64,000 nt of DNA. Source: Hemiscyllium ocellatum. Its lineage: Eukaryota. Below, piece by piece: positions 1 through 12,049 of this stretch (the stretch's first letter is position 1; each line of letters begins with the position of its first letter). The notes below the pieces were generated by a model. The model had not been told where the DNA came from. It did not search any database and worked only from the letters and a program-made list of their open reading frames with translations. The stretch spans positions 19,922,341 to 19,986,340 of the forward strand of contig NC_083409.1 of NCBI RefSeq assembly GCF_020745735.1, in the 5' to 3' direction. The position numbers and the translations under genes are program-made.

Positions 1-1159
1 TCACTGTGTCATCAGCTCTGCTGGGTCTGCCTTTCTGGTGGGACAGGACACATGCAGGGACAGTGATGGTGGTGTTTGGGGCATTGTCTGCAAGGTATGG
101 TTCTGTGAGTATGACTGTGTCAGGCTGTTGCTTGAGTCATCTGTAAGACAGCTGTCCTGAATTTGGCCCTAGCTCCCAGATGTCAGTAAGGAGGATGGAG
201 CAGGGTAGACAGGGCTGTTTCTGTCATTGCCTTTTCGGTGTCTAGATCGATGCCTGTGGTCCGTCCGGTCTCATTTCTTTGTTGAAACATTGTCATAATT
301 GATACAACTGACAGCCTTGCTCGGCCATTTCAGAGGGCACTAGAGAGTCAACCACATTGCTAGAGGACAGTGCCGTGTACCCCAGCAGTACATTCCGGCT
401 TCCCCCACTTCTCTATTCTGTATATGGAAGGCAGAAGCCTTCAGCAGGATATTCAACCGCAGGAGCTATCACAGCCCGTGTGCAATTCTGTCCCCACATT
501 AAATCCACACAAATCTTGAATTCACATAACACCTTCAATGTCCAAACATTCCAAGAATGTTCACAAAGTTGCAGTGGGAGGGATGAGGGAGAGGGTGGAA
601 GAACGTAAGAACTAGGAGCAGGAGCAGGCATTTCAGCTGCTCGAGCCCACTCCACCATTTAATACAATCATGGCTGATCCCATCTCAGACTCAACTCCAC
701 TTTCCTGCCCACTCTCCATCATCCTTTAACCCATTACCCATTAAATATCTGTCCATTTCCTCCTTGGTGTGAGACAGGGAAGGGACCACTCCATTTCAGA
801 AAAGACTGACCATGGAAGGGGAAGGAGAGGGGAAGGGATTGGAACATGTTGTGAATGGACAGAATGGATCAGTGGGTCAGAGCCTGTCCTGTCCCTCGAA
901 CTCACGCTGATGATCTGAGGATCTCCTCTCTCTGCCAGGCCTTCACGGAATGAGGTTTGTGTCCAAATCAGTCCCCAGTGAGAATAGGCCAACAGCACAG
1001 AACTGTCCTTCATTTGACCAGAATGAGAGAGGCCAAACCCTGGTCATCGTGGAAATAATGTCTTACTTCAGGAGAAAAAAGGGGTCAAGGGTTAACATGC
1101 ATTAGCGGGGCAGTGTAGAAGGAGATTTATCTTGCATTCAACTGTCACCACCCAGGACA

Positions 1160-1753
1160 CTGTCAAAAAGAGAGAGCAGTGAGACAGAGAGAGAAATGGA
1201 GGGAAAAATTGTGTGTGTGTGTGTGTGTGTGTTTGTGTGTGTGAGAGAGAGAAAGAAAGAAAGAAAGTGAGAGAGAGATAGAGGGACGAGCAACTGATAT
1301 GGTGTAAGATATGTGAGGGGACCAAGAGACAGGTAGAGGGAGGTAGAAATGGTGAGGTTGAGTGATAGAGAGAGAAACAAGATGTGAGACAGAGTGACTG
1401 AGAGGGATTGAGAGAGACAAAGAGACAAGGAGAGAGAGAGTGAGAGACAGGATGGGTGTGAGACTAAGCATGAAGAGAGTTGAGAGGGAGGGTAGGGTTG
1501 AGTGTGAGAGAGAGAGAGATGAGTATGGATAGATTTATAATGACAGAGAGAGAGGGAGAGAAACTGTAAATTGGGAGGTAGAGAGGGAAGGAGAGAGAAA
1601 GAGGGAGGAATAGAGAGTGACAGGTAACAATTGGAGGCTTTTAATTGAAGTGAGAGAGGGAACGAGTAACAGAGACAGTGAGAGATGGAGAAACAGATGA
1701 TAAGATGGAGTGAGAAAGCATCAGTGAGTTGGAGAGAGTGGCTATGAGACAGA

Positions 1754-1787
<34 letters not shown>

Positions 1788-1880
1788 CAGAGAGTACATG
1801 AAAGAGATTAGCATTGGGAGAGAGAGATAGAGGTAGAGAGAAAGAAATGGCAGGTGTGAGTCAGAGAGAGAGAGGGAGAG
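1160..1880 (+). repeat. Purine-rich (GA)n/(GT)n compound microsatellite
   Basis: Direct reading. Confidence 0.9.
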
Positions 1881-2942
1881 GTCCTGGTCACCACACTCTG
1901 GGAAGAATGTGATTGTACCTGAGAGGGTACAGGGGAGATTTCCCAGGATGCTGCCTGAATCTGAGCTTTGAGCAGTGAAGGCGTAAAAGGGACCTGATAG
2001 AGAGGGATAAGATTATTCAGGACAATGATAGGGTGGGTAGGATGGCACTTTTTACATGAGTAAAGAACTTCATAACCTGGTACAGAGATTGAAGGTAACA
2101 CAGACATGGACACGTAGAAACTTGGAGCAGCAGTAGGCCATTCGGCCCTTTGAGTCTGCTCTGTCATTCAGTATGATCATGGCTGTATCAATTTTTGAAT
2201 GTCATCATTTCTTCGAGGGTCGGTGTGGGCTTGTCGGGCCAAATGGCCTGTTTCCACACTGTAGGCATTCTAAGTTCTATGGCTGATCCTCTCTCTCAAA
2301 GCCATATTCCTGCCTTCTCCCCATTCTCTTCAAGCTGTTAAAATGCAAAACAATTATCTCTCTCTTTTTCTTGAATGTATTCAGTTCCTTGTCCTCCACA
2401 GCCTTCAGTGGTAGAGAATTCTACAGGTTGACCACCCTCTGAGTGAAGAAATGTTTCCTCATCTCAGCCCTAAATGGTCTACCCTGTATCTCCCTGAACC
2501 TGTGTCCCCTGGTTCCAGACTCCCCAACCAAGGGAAACCTCCTACCTGCCCAGCCCTGTTACAATTTTATATGTTTCAATCAGATCCCCTCTCATCGTTC
2601 TGAACACGAGTGAGTCCATGGCCAGGCGAGTTGGAGACTGAGAGGAGAGTTGAGGAGAATTGTTTTCACCCAGAGGGTGGTGGAGTCTGGAACTCACTGC
2701 CTGAAAGACTGGTTGAGTCACAAATTCTGGTGACATTGGAGCAGTGTTTAGATATTCCCTTGTGTTGCTGTAGCCTCCAGGGTAACTGGCCAAGAGCTGG
2801 AGGATGGGATTAGTGTCATCAGATCTTTGTTTACCAGCACAGACACAATGGGCCAAATGGCCTCATTCAGTGCTGTTCACATCAATGACTCTGAGACAGA
2901 GAGAGTGAGATAGAGAGAGAGAGAAGAGGAAGTGTGATGGGC

Positions 2943-3022
2943 TGACGTAGCTCTCTCTGCCTGATGCCATTTACATACTGAGGAACACCCAGTCAGACTC
3001 TCATAGGCTGCAGCTTTATAAA
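2943..3022 (+). promoter_or_regulatory. Ig light-chain V promoter: CRE-like TGACGTAG (2943-2950), variant octamer ATTTACAT (2969-2976), TATA box TTTATAAA (3015-3022)
   Basis: Motifs read directly, 60-140 bp upstream of the leader ATG in the order expected for an Ig L promoter; the octamer differs from ATTTGCAT at one base. Confidence 0.7.
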
Positions 3023-3082
3023 GCAGAGCCCAGTGAAGGGAGAGTTTATCAGGAACCAGGCACAGGGACAGGAGCACACACC

Positions 3083-3131
3083 ATGATTTCACACATCCAG
3101 CTGATCTGGCCCCTGGCATTCTGTGTCGCAG
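3083..3131 (+). CDS. Ig light-chain leader exon L1 (MISHIQLIWPLAFCVA/G)
   Basis: ATG in CACCATG context, 16 hydrophobic codons plus 1 nt, then donor G|GTACAA; phase 1 matches the acceptor at 3317 (G+GT = Gly, then [11 protein letters not shown]). Confidence 0.93.
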
Positions 3132-3317
3132 GTACAAATCTCTCTCCTTCCACCTTGAATCTTTAGCTGCTCTCCATTTCACTCCAATTCCACTGACTTG
3201 TGATTGAAGGGAAAATGCTGAAACCAGAGGAATGCTCAGTGTATCCAACAATCTCTCATTTGACAGGCTCTTTCTGTGACAGTTCTGACCTCACTGTGTT
3301 TCTCTCTGACCCCTCAG

Positions 3318-3645
3318 GTATCAGTGGGGACATCACCATGACCCAGTCTCCCCCGGTGCTGTCAGTGGGACTGAGCCAGACTGTAACCATCACCTGTACG
3401 GCCAGTCAAAGCATTAGCGACTACCTTGCTTGGTACCAGCAGCGAGAAGGTCAGAAACCCTCTCTCCTGATGTATTATGCAACAACTCGATTCACAGGAG
3501 TCTCCGAGCGATTCACCGGCACTCAATCCGGGACCAGTTTCACCCTGACAATCAGCAACGTTCAGAATGAGGATGTCGCTGATTATTACTGTCAGCAGGG
3601 TAGCAGCTCCCCTTACGTTCGGTAAAGGAACCAAGCTCAGACTGA
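3318..3645 (+). pseudogene. Ig kappa-type (type III / NS4-like) V fused to J with no intervening RSS; junction out of frame
   Basis: [13 protein letters not shown]...[19 protein letters not shown]...[14 protein letters not shown] is a complete VL. TTCGGTAAAGGAACCAAGCTCAGACTGA (FGKGTKLRL, 3618-3645) follows directly with donor GTAAGT at 3646, but J is shifted +1 relative to V, giving TAA at 3623-3625. Confidence 0.9.
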
Positions 3646-4019
3646 GTAAGTAAACCTCAATCCTCTGTTATTAACCCTGTCAATACTGAAACACACTTTC
3701 TAAAATACAGTTACTGAATTGTTGAAGGTGTTAGTGGGAAGATGCAGTGAATGAAATGGTTGATTGAGGAGCACTGTGTCTAACAGTGTGTCCAGATGTA
3801 TTTCTTTACTTTCATGCCCTCTTTAAAAAATGCAAGATATGAGTCAGTAAGTTTTACTCACTGTGTGGAGGAGCTCTGTCCAGTTGCAGCCTGTGGTCCC
3901 ATTTCTGCAGCATGGAGTGAAATCAGTGAGTAGCCTCCTGCCAGTCTCAGTGTGACAGACACGGGCAGATTTTGATGTGAGCTCTGGCTCCCTGTCCCAG
4001 TCTCTGATCTCACTGACCT

Positions 4020-4058
<39 letters not shown>
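4020..4058 (+). repeat. (CAG)13 trinucleotide repeat in the 5' J-C intron
   Basis: Perfect repeat, read directly. Confidence 0.95.
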
Positions 4059-4060
<2 letters not shown>

Positions 4061-4510
4061 CAGTGAGACACCGAGCTCCCACCTCCCCCAGCTTTAAAAC
4101 TGCTCAATCACACAATCAGAGAATTGTTACAGTGCACAAGGAGGCCATTCCTCCATCCTGTCTGTACTGGCTCTCTGAATGAGCAATTCACTGAGTGTCA
4201 TTCTCCTGCCTTCTCCCTGTCACCCTGCACATTGTTCCTTTTCAAATAACAGTCTCATTCCCTTCGGAATGTTTCAATTGAAGCTGCTTCCACCACACTC
4301 TCAGGCAGTGCACTTCACACCTTAACCACCCACTGGCTGAAAATGTTATTCCCCAACTCACTTTTGTTACTTTTCCAATTACTTTCAATCTGTGGCCTCT
4401 CGGTCTCAATCCTTTCACAAGTGGAATCATTTTCTCCCTATTTACTCTGTTCCAGGCCCCTCCTGATTTGGAATTTCTGGAACAATTCTCCTCGCTGCCT
4501 TCTCCAAAGA

Positions 4511-4712
4511 CTTGGAGGTGCCGATGTTGGTCTGGGGTGGACAAAGTTAAAAATCACACAACACCAGGTTATAGTCCAACAGGGGGTTTATTTGGAAGCA
4601 CTAGCTTTCGGAGCACCCCTCCTTCATCAAATGGTTATCAGCGGCGCTCCAAAAGCTAGTGCTTCCACATTAACCTGTTGGACTATAACCTGATGTTGTG
4701 TGATCTGTAACT
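4511..4712. mobile_element. Fold-back mini-element of inverted PLE termini (family B), 11-bp TSD
   Basis: cacacaacaccaggttatagtccaacag...ctgttggactataacctgatgttgtgtg inverted arms; TTCTCCAAAGA at 4500-4510 and 4713-4723; the empty site is present in the paralog near 49065-49080. Confidence 0.8.
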
Positions 4713-5768
4713 TTCTCCAAAGAAGACAGTCCCAAATTCTCCAATCTATCTTCATAACTGATATTCCTCATCCCTGGAATGATCTTTGTGCATATGTTTG
4801 CCAGCTCCACAAAACATTCACCTCCTTCCTGCATTATTCACATTATTTATGTCCCTCATGATTTTATAAACCTCTATAAGGTCACTCCTCACCCTCCAGC
4901 AATTCAGGGTAAAAGATCTCAGTTTTTCCAGCCTATAATGGTCACGGAGTCATACAGCGTGGAAACAGATCTTTCAGTCTAACTTCTCAATGCTAACCAG
5001 ATATCCAAAACTGACCTCATCCCATTTGCCAGCATTTAGCCCACATCCCTCTAAACCCTCCCTCTCCATGTTCCCATCCAAACATCTTTTAAATGCTGTA
5101 ATTGTATCCGTCTCCAGCACATTCTCTGACAGCTCGATCCATACACGTACCACCCTCTGTGTGACAAGTTACCCCTCAGGTCCCTTTTGCATCTTTTGCC
5201 TCTCATCTTAAACCTATACCCTCTAGTTTTGGATTCCCTTTCCCAAGGCAAAGACCTGGGATATACACCCTGTCCACCCTTCCGCCTCCGATCCTGCAGG
5301 AAAAATAGCCCATTTATTGAGCCTCTTCCGACAGCTCAAACCCTGCAGTTCCAGGCAACATCCATGTGAATCTTTTCTGCAGAATTTTAAGTTTAACAGC
5401 ATCCTTCCTATCACAGGATGATCAGAATTGTTCACGTTATTCCCAAAGTAGCCTCACCAATTTCCTGTACAGCTGCAAATGATGTCCCAACTCTGATAGT
5501 TAGTGCAGTGACCAATAAAGGCAAGTGTACCCAGCACCTTCTTCATCTCCGTGTCTCCCTGTGACTCCACTGTCAAGGAATAATGCCCATGCACCTGCCC
5601 CTGCACCTGTCCCTGCCCCTGCACCTGCCCCTTCCACTGCACCCTGAGGTCACTTTGTTGAGCAACACTCCACAGGGCCCCACCATTAACAGTACAAGTC
5701 CTGCCCTGGTTTGACTTTCCAAAATGCAACATCTCACATTTATCCAAGTTGAACTCCATTTGCCACAC

Positions 5769-5980
5769 GTTTAGATCAGAGTGGTGCTGGAAAAGCACAG
5801 CAGGTCAGGCAATATCCAAAGAGCAGGAAAATCGACGTTTCAGGCAAAAGCCCTTCATCAGGATTCCTCTAGCCGAAACATCATTTTTTCTCCTCCTCGG
5901 ATACTGCCAGACATGCTCTGCTTTTCCAGCACCACTTTGATCTAAACTCTGGTTTCCAGCATCTGCAGTCTGCACTTTTG
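5769..5980. mobile_element. Fold-back mini-element of inverted PLE termini (family A), 14-bp TSD
   Basis: Inverted arms gtggtgctggaaaagcacagcagg.../...cttttccagcaccac; TCCATTTGCCACAC at 5755-5768 and 5981-5994. Confidence 0.85.
5830..5865 (-). ncRNA. Minimal type I hammerhead ribozyme motif in a PLE terminus
   Basis: Minus strand AAUC-CUGAUGA-A-GGGC-UUUU-GCCU-GAAAC-GUC-GAUU: stem I AAUC/GAUU, stem II, palindromic ACGU in place of stem III, GUC triplet. Activity untested. Confidence 0.6.
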
Positions 5981-8649
5981 TCCATTTGCCACACCTCTGC
6001 CCATTTCCTCAAATGATCAAGGTCCCACTGTACTCTCAGATAAGCTTCTTCACTATCCACTGTACCACCAATTTTGGTGTCATTTACAAACTCGCCATAA
6101 TTCCTACATTCACATCCAAATCATTTATTTAAATGATAAAAAGCCATGGACCCAGCACCAATCCTTGTGGCACACAGCTGACATCTGATCTCCAGTCTGA
6201 AAAGCAACCCCTTACCACCACTCTCTGTCTCCTATCTTTGGTCATTTTTTTTTACCCAAATGGCTAGCTCCCCCTGAATCCCATGTGGCCTAACCTGACT
6301 AATCAGTCTATCATGTGGAACCTTGTCAAATGCTTTGCTGAAGTCCATATAGACAGTGTCTACTGTTCTGCCGACATCAATCTTCGCTTCAAACAACCTC
6401 AATCATGTTAGTGAGACACAATTACCATGCACAAAACTGCATTGATTGTCCAAATGCATGTAAATCCTGTCCCTCAGAATTCACTCCAATAACTTACCCA
6501 GCAATGTCATCAGGCTCACTGGTTTATAGTCCCCTGGCTTTTCCTTAAACAATGGCTAACATTAGCCAACCTCTCTGGTTCTCCAGAAACTCACTCGTGG
6601 CTGTCAATCAGAAACATACCTCAGCAAGCGGTCCAGTAATCTCTTTCCTAGCTTTCCACAATGTCCTGGGATACACCTGATCAGGTCTTGGAGATTTATC
6701 TACCGTCTTGCACTTTAAGAAATCCTCTTCTGTAATGTGGACTTGTGTCAAGACATTACTATTTACTTCCAAAGTTCCCAAATTTCCATGTCTTTCTCCA
6801 TGATAAATACTGATCTGGAATATTCATTTAAGACCTAAACCATTTCCTGTGGATCCACCCAGAGGTACATTGTTCATCTTCATGGGGCCCTATTCTCTCT
6901 CTAGTTACTCTTTTGCCCTTTTCTTATTTACCATAATTCTACCACTTTTGCCCTTGAGTAAGTTCAGGAATTGTTTGCCCTCCTTCAAATGTATCTCGAC
7001 TATACCTGGTCCACATCCTCTACTATTCTTTTCAGGACTTTCCTGCAAACCTTTGATCCCACTTTATTCAGATCCGATACATCCATATCCTATAGAAGCT
7101 GGCATTTCCCCAGTGAAGATGTTTGACCCTGAAAAGGCCTTTGTTCTTTTCTACCATCACCCTCAACTTTGTGATACAATAATCACTCTTCCTTAAGTGT
7201 CCTCTCACTGACACTTGATCCACTTGGGCCTCCTCATTCCCAAGATCCAGATCTAGCAGAGCCTCCTTTCTCATTAGACTGGAAACATGCGGCTGGAGAA
7301 AATTCACATGAACACACTCTCACGACTCTGGCCCCTCTCTGTCCTTCATACTGCTACTACCCCAGTCTATATTCAGAAATTAAAGACATTCCAGCCCCCC
7401 CCCCCCCCCCATTTATAATGACCATTATATTTGCAGGTCTCTGTAAATTCCTTGCAAATGTATTCCTCTAAATCTTTCCCACTGGCTGGTGACTTATTGA
7501 CTGCACTGATGATTCTGTAGATCTTGGTGCTCCTCTCTGGTATTACCTCCTGACTCCCACAGCCCTGCCAAGTTAGTTTAAACCCTCTGCAACAGCACGA
7601 GTAGATCACCTCAAAGGAGCTCAGTGCCAGTTCTGTTCAGGAGCAACGCTGTCTGGTCTATCCAGGTCCCATCTCACCCAGACCCAGTCCCGATGTCACA
7701 AGAATCTAAAACCCTCCCTCCTGGATACTCTTTCCAGCCCCACAGTCACTTGTGTTATCCTCCTGCTCCTCTTCTCACTTGCCTGGGGCACTGGGAGTAA
7801 CCTGAAGATTTCTACCTTTGAGTTCCTGATGTTAATTCACTCCAGCGCCCCCTAAACTCTAACTGCAGGACTACATCCTTTTCACCCTCTGTCACTGGGA
7901 CCGATGTGGACCAAAACTGCTGCCTGTTCCCCTCTCCCCTCAGGGTGCTTTGCAGTCGCTTAGTGACATCCTTCACCCTGGCACCAGGGAGACAACACAC
8001 CATCATGGATTCCCATCTGCAGCTGCAGAAACACCTATCGATGCCCTCACTCTCAAATCTCCTTTCACGATCAGTCTTCCAGTCTTCCTTATATTAACAC
8101 CCCTCCCACCCCCCCCCCACCCCCCGCCCACCACCCCCCACCCCAATATAGCTGAGTCACCAGTGGTGCCATGGACTTGGCTCTGGCTGCACTCCCCAGA
8201 TGAACCATCATTCTCATCAGGATTCCAAACTGAATCCTGGTTGGAGAGTGGGATGCACTCAGGGGATTCCTCTACTAGCTGCCTGGTCCTTTTGGACTGT
8301 CTGCTGCTTCCCCCATTCCCTCTCTCCCTGCATACTCTGAAGCTGCGGAGTGACCACATCTAGAAACGTGTTCTCCACGGAGCTCTCAGCCTCACGGACG
8401 CTCCGCACTGACATCAGCTGCTGCTCAAGCTCCGAAATCCGGAGCTTCAAATGCTGTCAATGACCACACTTCCTGTACTCATGGTATTCCAGGAGCTAGG
8501 AAGCATTCTGAAATTCCCACATGGATGTATTCTCTCTCCACTCTTTGGTTATCTCTTGGCAAAGTTCTGATGACAAACAGCTCCAGCAGGGCTCACAGTC
8601 CAGTGGGTTCAGTGTTCCAGGGTTTTGGGGAAACTCTCCAGAAGTCTTT

Positions 8650-11600
8650 AAGAAATAGGAGCAGAAATCAGCCATTCAGCCCATTGAATTTGCTCTGCCA
8701 TTTGATCTTGGCAGATATGCTTCTCACCCCCATTCTCCTGCCTACTCCAGAGGAACGTTCGATCCCCTTTACAATCACAAACCTATCTATCTCTGTCTTA
8801 AATACACTCAGTGGCTTGGCCTCCCCTGCCCTCTGTCGCTGTGAGTTCCACAGATTTACCACCCTCTGGCTGAAGAAAGTCCTCACCTCAGCTCGAAAGG
8901 GTCGGCCCTTCATTCTGAGGCTGTGCCTTGGGTACCTAGTCTCTCCTGATTTTGGAAACATCTTCTCTGCATCCACTCTATCCAGGTCTATCAGTATTCT
9001 GTAAATTTCAATAAGATCCCTCCTCATCCTTCTAAACTCCATTGAGTACAGACCCAGAGTCCTTAACCATGCCTCATATGACAAGGCTTTCATTCCCAGG
9101 ATCATTCTTGTAAACCCCTCCAATGCCAGCACATTGTTTCTTAGAATAGGGGTCCCAAATCTGCTCACAATATTCCAAATTCAGTCTGACCAGAGCCTTA
9201 GATAGCCTCAGCAGTACATCTCTGCTCTTGTATTCTGGCCCTATTGAAATGAATGCTATTATTTCATTTGCCTTCCCAAGCACAAACTGGACCTGCCTGT
9301 TAACCTGAAGAGAAACCTGAATGTGGTTTGTGCTTTTGATTTCCAAAGGCTTTCCTTCTTTAGAAAACAGTCTTTGCATCTCTTCTTCCTCCCAAAGTGC
9401 ACACCCTCACACTGTCACACATTGTCTTCTATCTGCCACTTCTTTGCCCACTCTCCGAGCTTATCCAGGAGCTTTTACAGCCTTCCCACTTCCTCAACAC
9501 TACCTGTCCCTCCACCTACCTCATGTCACCTGCAAACTTAGCAACAATGTCTTCACTTCCTTCATCCAGATTGTTCATGTATAATGTGAATAGTTATGGT
9601 CCTAACATTGACACCTGCAGAACTCTACTCATCACCAGCGGCCATTCTTCCTCACGCTCTGCTTTATGCCAACCTGCCAGTCCTCGGTCCATGTCAGTAC
9701 ATTGCCCCTAACACTGTGGGCGCTTATCTTATGTCAAATGCCTTCTGGAAATCCAAATAGATTACTTCCTCGGACTCTCCTTTGTCTGACTGGCTCATTG
9801 CCTCCTCAAAGAATTCTAACAGATTTGCCAGGCATGACGTCTCCTTGATGAAGCCATTGCACTTCCAAGTCCTCTGCAATTTCACCCTTAAATTGAAGTC
9901 TAAAACCTTACCAACAACTGAGTCCTGGCTAACTGGCCTATCATGTCCCATCTTCCACCTCCCTCCCTTCTTAAACAGGGGTGGTATGTGAGCCATTTTC
10001 CTGTCCCTTGCCCCCACCACATCCGTCCCCACCCCTCCTCCACTCCCTGACTCCATTGATTCCTGAAAGATCATCACCAATGTCTCTACAATCTCCTCAA
10101 CAATCTCCTTCATAACACACGGGTGTAGTTCGTCCAGTCTGGGTGCGTTATCCACATTCAAACCTTCCAGCTTTCCCAGTACCTCCTCCTTAGTGATGGC
10201 CACTACACTCCCCTCCGACCCCTGACAGTCTTGAATTACTGGTACACTGCTGGTGTTTTCCATGGTGCAGACTGATGCAAAGTATCTATTCAATTCCTCT
10301 GCTATTCCTTCATTTCCTGTTATTCTTTCTCCAGCCTCATTTTCCAGTGATCCATAGTATATTTTTGACTCCTTCTTCCGTTTTATACACCTGATAAAAC
10401 TCCTGAAATCTTCTGTTATATTACTGGCTAGATAACTCCCACATTTCACCTTCTCCACCCTTACTGCTTTTTCCGTTATCCTCTGCAGGTTTTTAAAGGC
10501 TTCCTAATCCTCTGGCCTCCCACTATTCTCCACCACATTGTGTACTTTTTCTTTTGCTTTTATGCTGTCCTTTACCTCCCCCATCAGCCATGGTTACATT
10601 GTCCTCCCCTTAGTATGTTTCTTCTTTTTTGGGATGAATTCCTGCTCTGCTTCCTGAATTACCCCCAGAAACCCTGCTGTTTGCTGCCCCACCATCTTAC
10701 CTGCTCGGCTCCCCTTCCAACCAACTCTGGCCAGCTCCTTCCTCATGTCTTTGGAGTTACCTTTACTCAACTGAAATACTGTTCAATCTGACTGCAGCTT
10801 CTCTCTCAAACTACAGGGGGAATTCTATCGTATTATTGTCATGTATCCATTGGGATACTTTCACCTTAAACTCACTAATCAAGTTTTCCTCATTAAACAT
10901 CACTGAATCCAGACCTGCCTGTTCCATCATGGCTCAACCACAAGCTGCTCCAAAATCCATCTTGTCGACATTCCACGAAATCCTTTCCTTGAGCCGCGCT
11001 ACCCAGTCCACCTATTCATTGAAGTCTGCCCTGATACTTTGTGTATGACTTTTCTGTCTCCTGATTGATTTCCTTCCCCACACCCTGATTAATGCTTGGA
11101 GACCTGCACATAACTTGCATCAGATTCTTTATTTATTGCAGTCCCTCAGATGTACCCACACGCATTCTACACCTTCTGACTCTCTGTCACTTCTTGCCAT
11201 AGATTTAATTTCATTTCTCACTAACAAGGCAACACTTGTCCCTCTGCCCATCTGCCTGTCCTTTTGATGGGACATGTATCCTTGGGTATTTAGTTCCCAG
11301 CCTGGATCCCCTGACAGCCATGTCCCTGTGATATCCATAACACCGTACCTGCCAGTTTCAATCTGCACTACAATCTCATTGTGTACACTGTGTGCATTTA
11401 AGTGCAACACCCTCAGTCCTGCATTGACTGCCCTCCTTCTCATCATTGTCCCCTTATCTGCTGTGCTTTACATTCGATTCCTGATCCTTTCTGTACTCTC
11501 TGTCCTTTTACATCTTCTAGAAACTTGAATAACCTTTCCTGAGCCCTCCTCCACTTTAACTAGTTTAAATTCCTTAGAAACTCAATTTACCTCAATGTGT

Positions 11601-11830
11601 GGCATCACTTTTACTCCCTTACTCGGAATGCTTTGTGCATTTAGATACAACCTCTTTAAGTTTGTACTATTATTGATTTTCCATGCACTTTCATGTTTCC
11701 TTTGATGTTCAAAACTTCCATCCCTTTCTTTTATTTTCTGGTCACAATCAATCCCATCACTAACCGGCAATCCTACCTTCTCCTTTACCTTCCATTTTCT
11801 CATTTTCCATCCAACTGAACCAAATTACTT
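8650..11830 (-). mobile_element. CR1-clade LINE ORF2 (EN-RT), degenerate
   Basis: LHLNAHSV (EN), DRPVS..SVVGKVL, LANLLEFFEE, IYLDFQKAFD and LGLYSMEFRRMRRDLIE motifs with stops and frameshifts. Confidence 0.88.
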
Positions 11831-12049
11831 TCTCTTTGGGTTGAGTTCAGGCCAATATTTATCGTTGAGCCAACATCATTATTACTCTTTGATCTCAGAG
11901 CTTCTAGTGGGATCTTGCTGTGCAGAAACTGGCTGCCACGTTACTGACATTGCAACAGTGACTGCTTGTCAAACAAAACTGTCTGTAAATGTCTTTGGGA
12001 GAGCCTGAAGTGTGAAGGGCTGGATTGAAATACAATTAGAGTCAGAGAG

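Larger units (their letters stand above)
4120..8470 (-). mobile_element. Composite of CR1-clade LINE fragments (ORF1 esterase, EN, RT, 3' ends) in the J-C intron
   Basis: MVCCLPGARVKDV (ORF1 SGNH esterase), WQMEFNLDKCEMLHFG and KRDLRGN...WYV CR1 ORF2 motifs. Confidence 0.8.

Noticed and set aside
3200-3317. N-terminal extension of the V ORF ([11 protein letters not shown]...)
   Set aside because: Leader intron sequence; the real N-terminus is spliced from 3083-3131.
3772-3865. CACTGTG heptamers at 3772 and 3859, and CACAGTG near 38025
   Set aside because: No nonamer at 12/23 spacing, and there is no coding segment adjacent.
4059-4101. CACAGTG as a functional RSS 3' of J
   Set aside because: No ACAAAAACC-like nonamer at 12 or 23 bp; the A-rich TTTAAAACT lies 27 bp away.
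7843-7858. CTCF-like CAGCGCCCCCTA
   Set aside because: Inside a CR1 ORF1 fragment and lacks the CCAC half of the motif.
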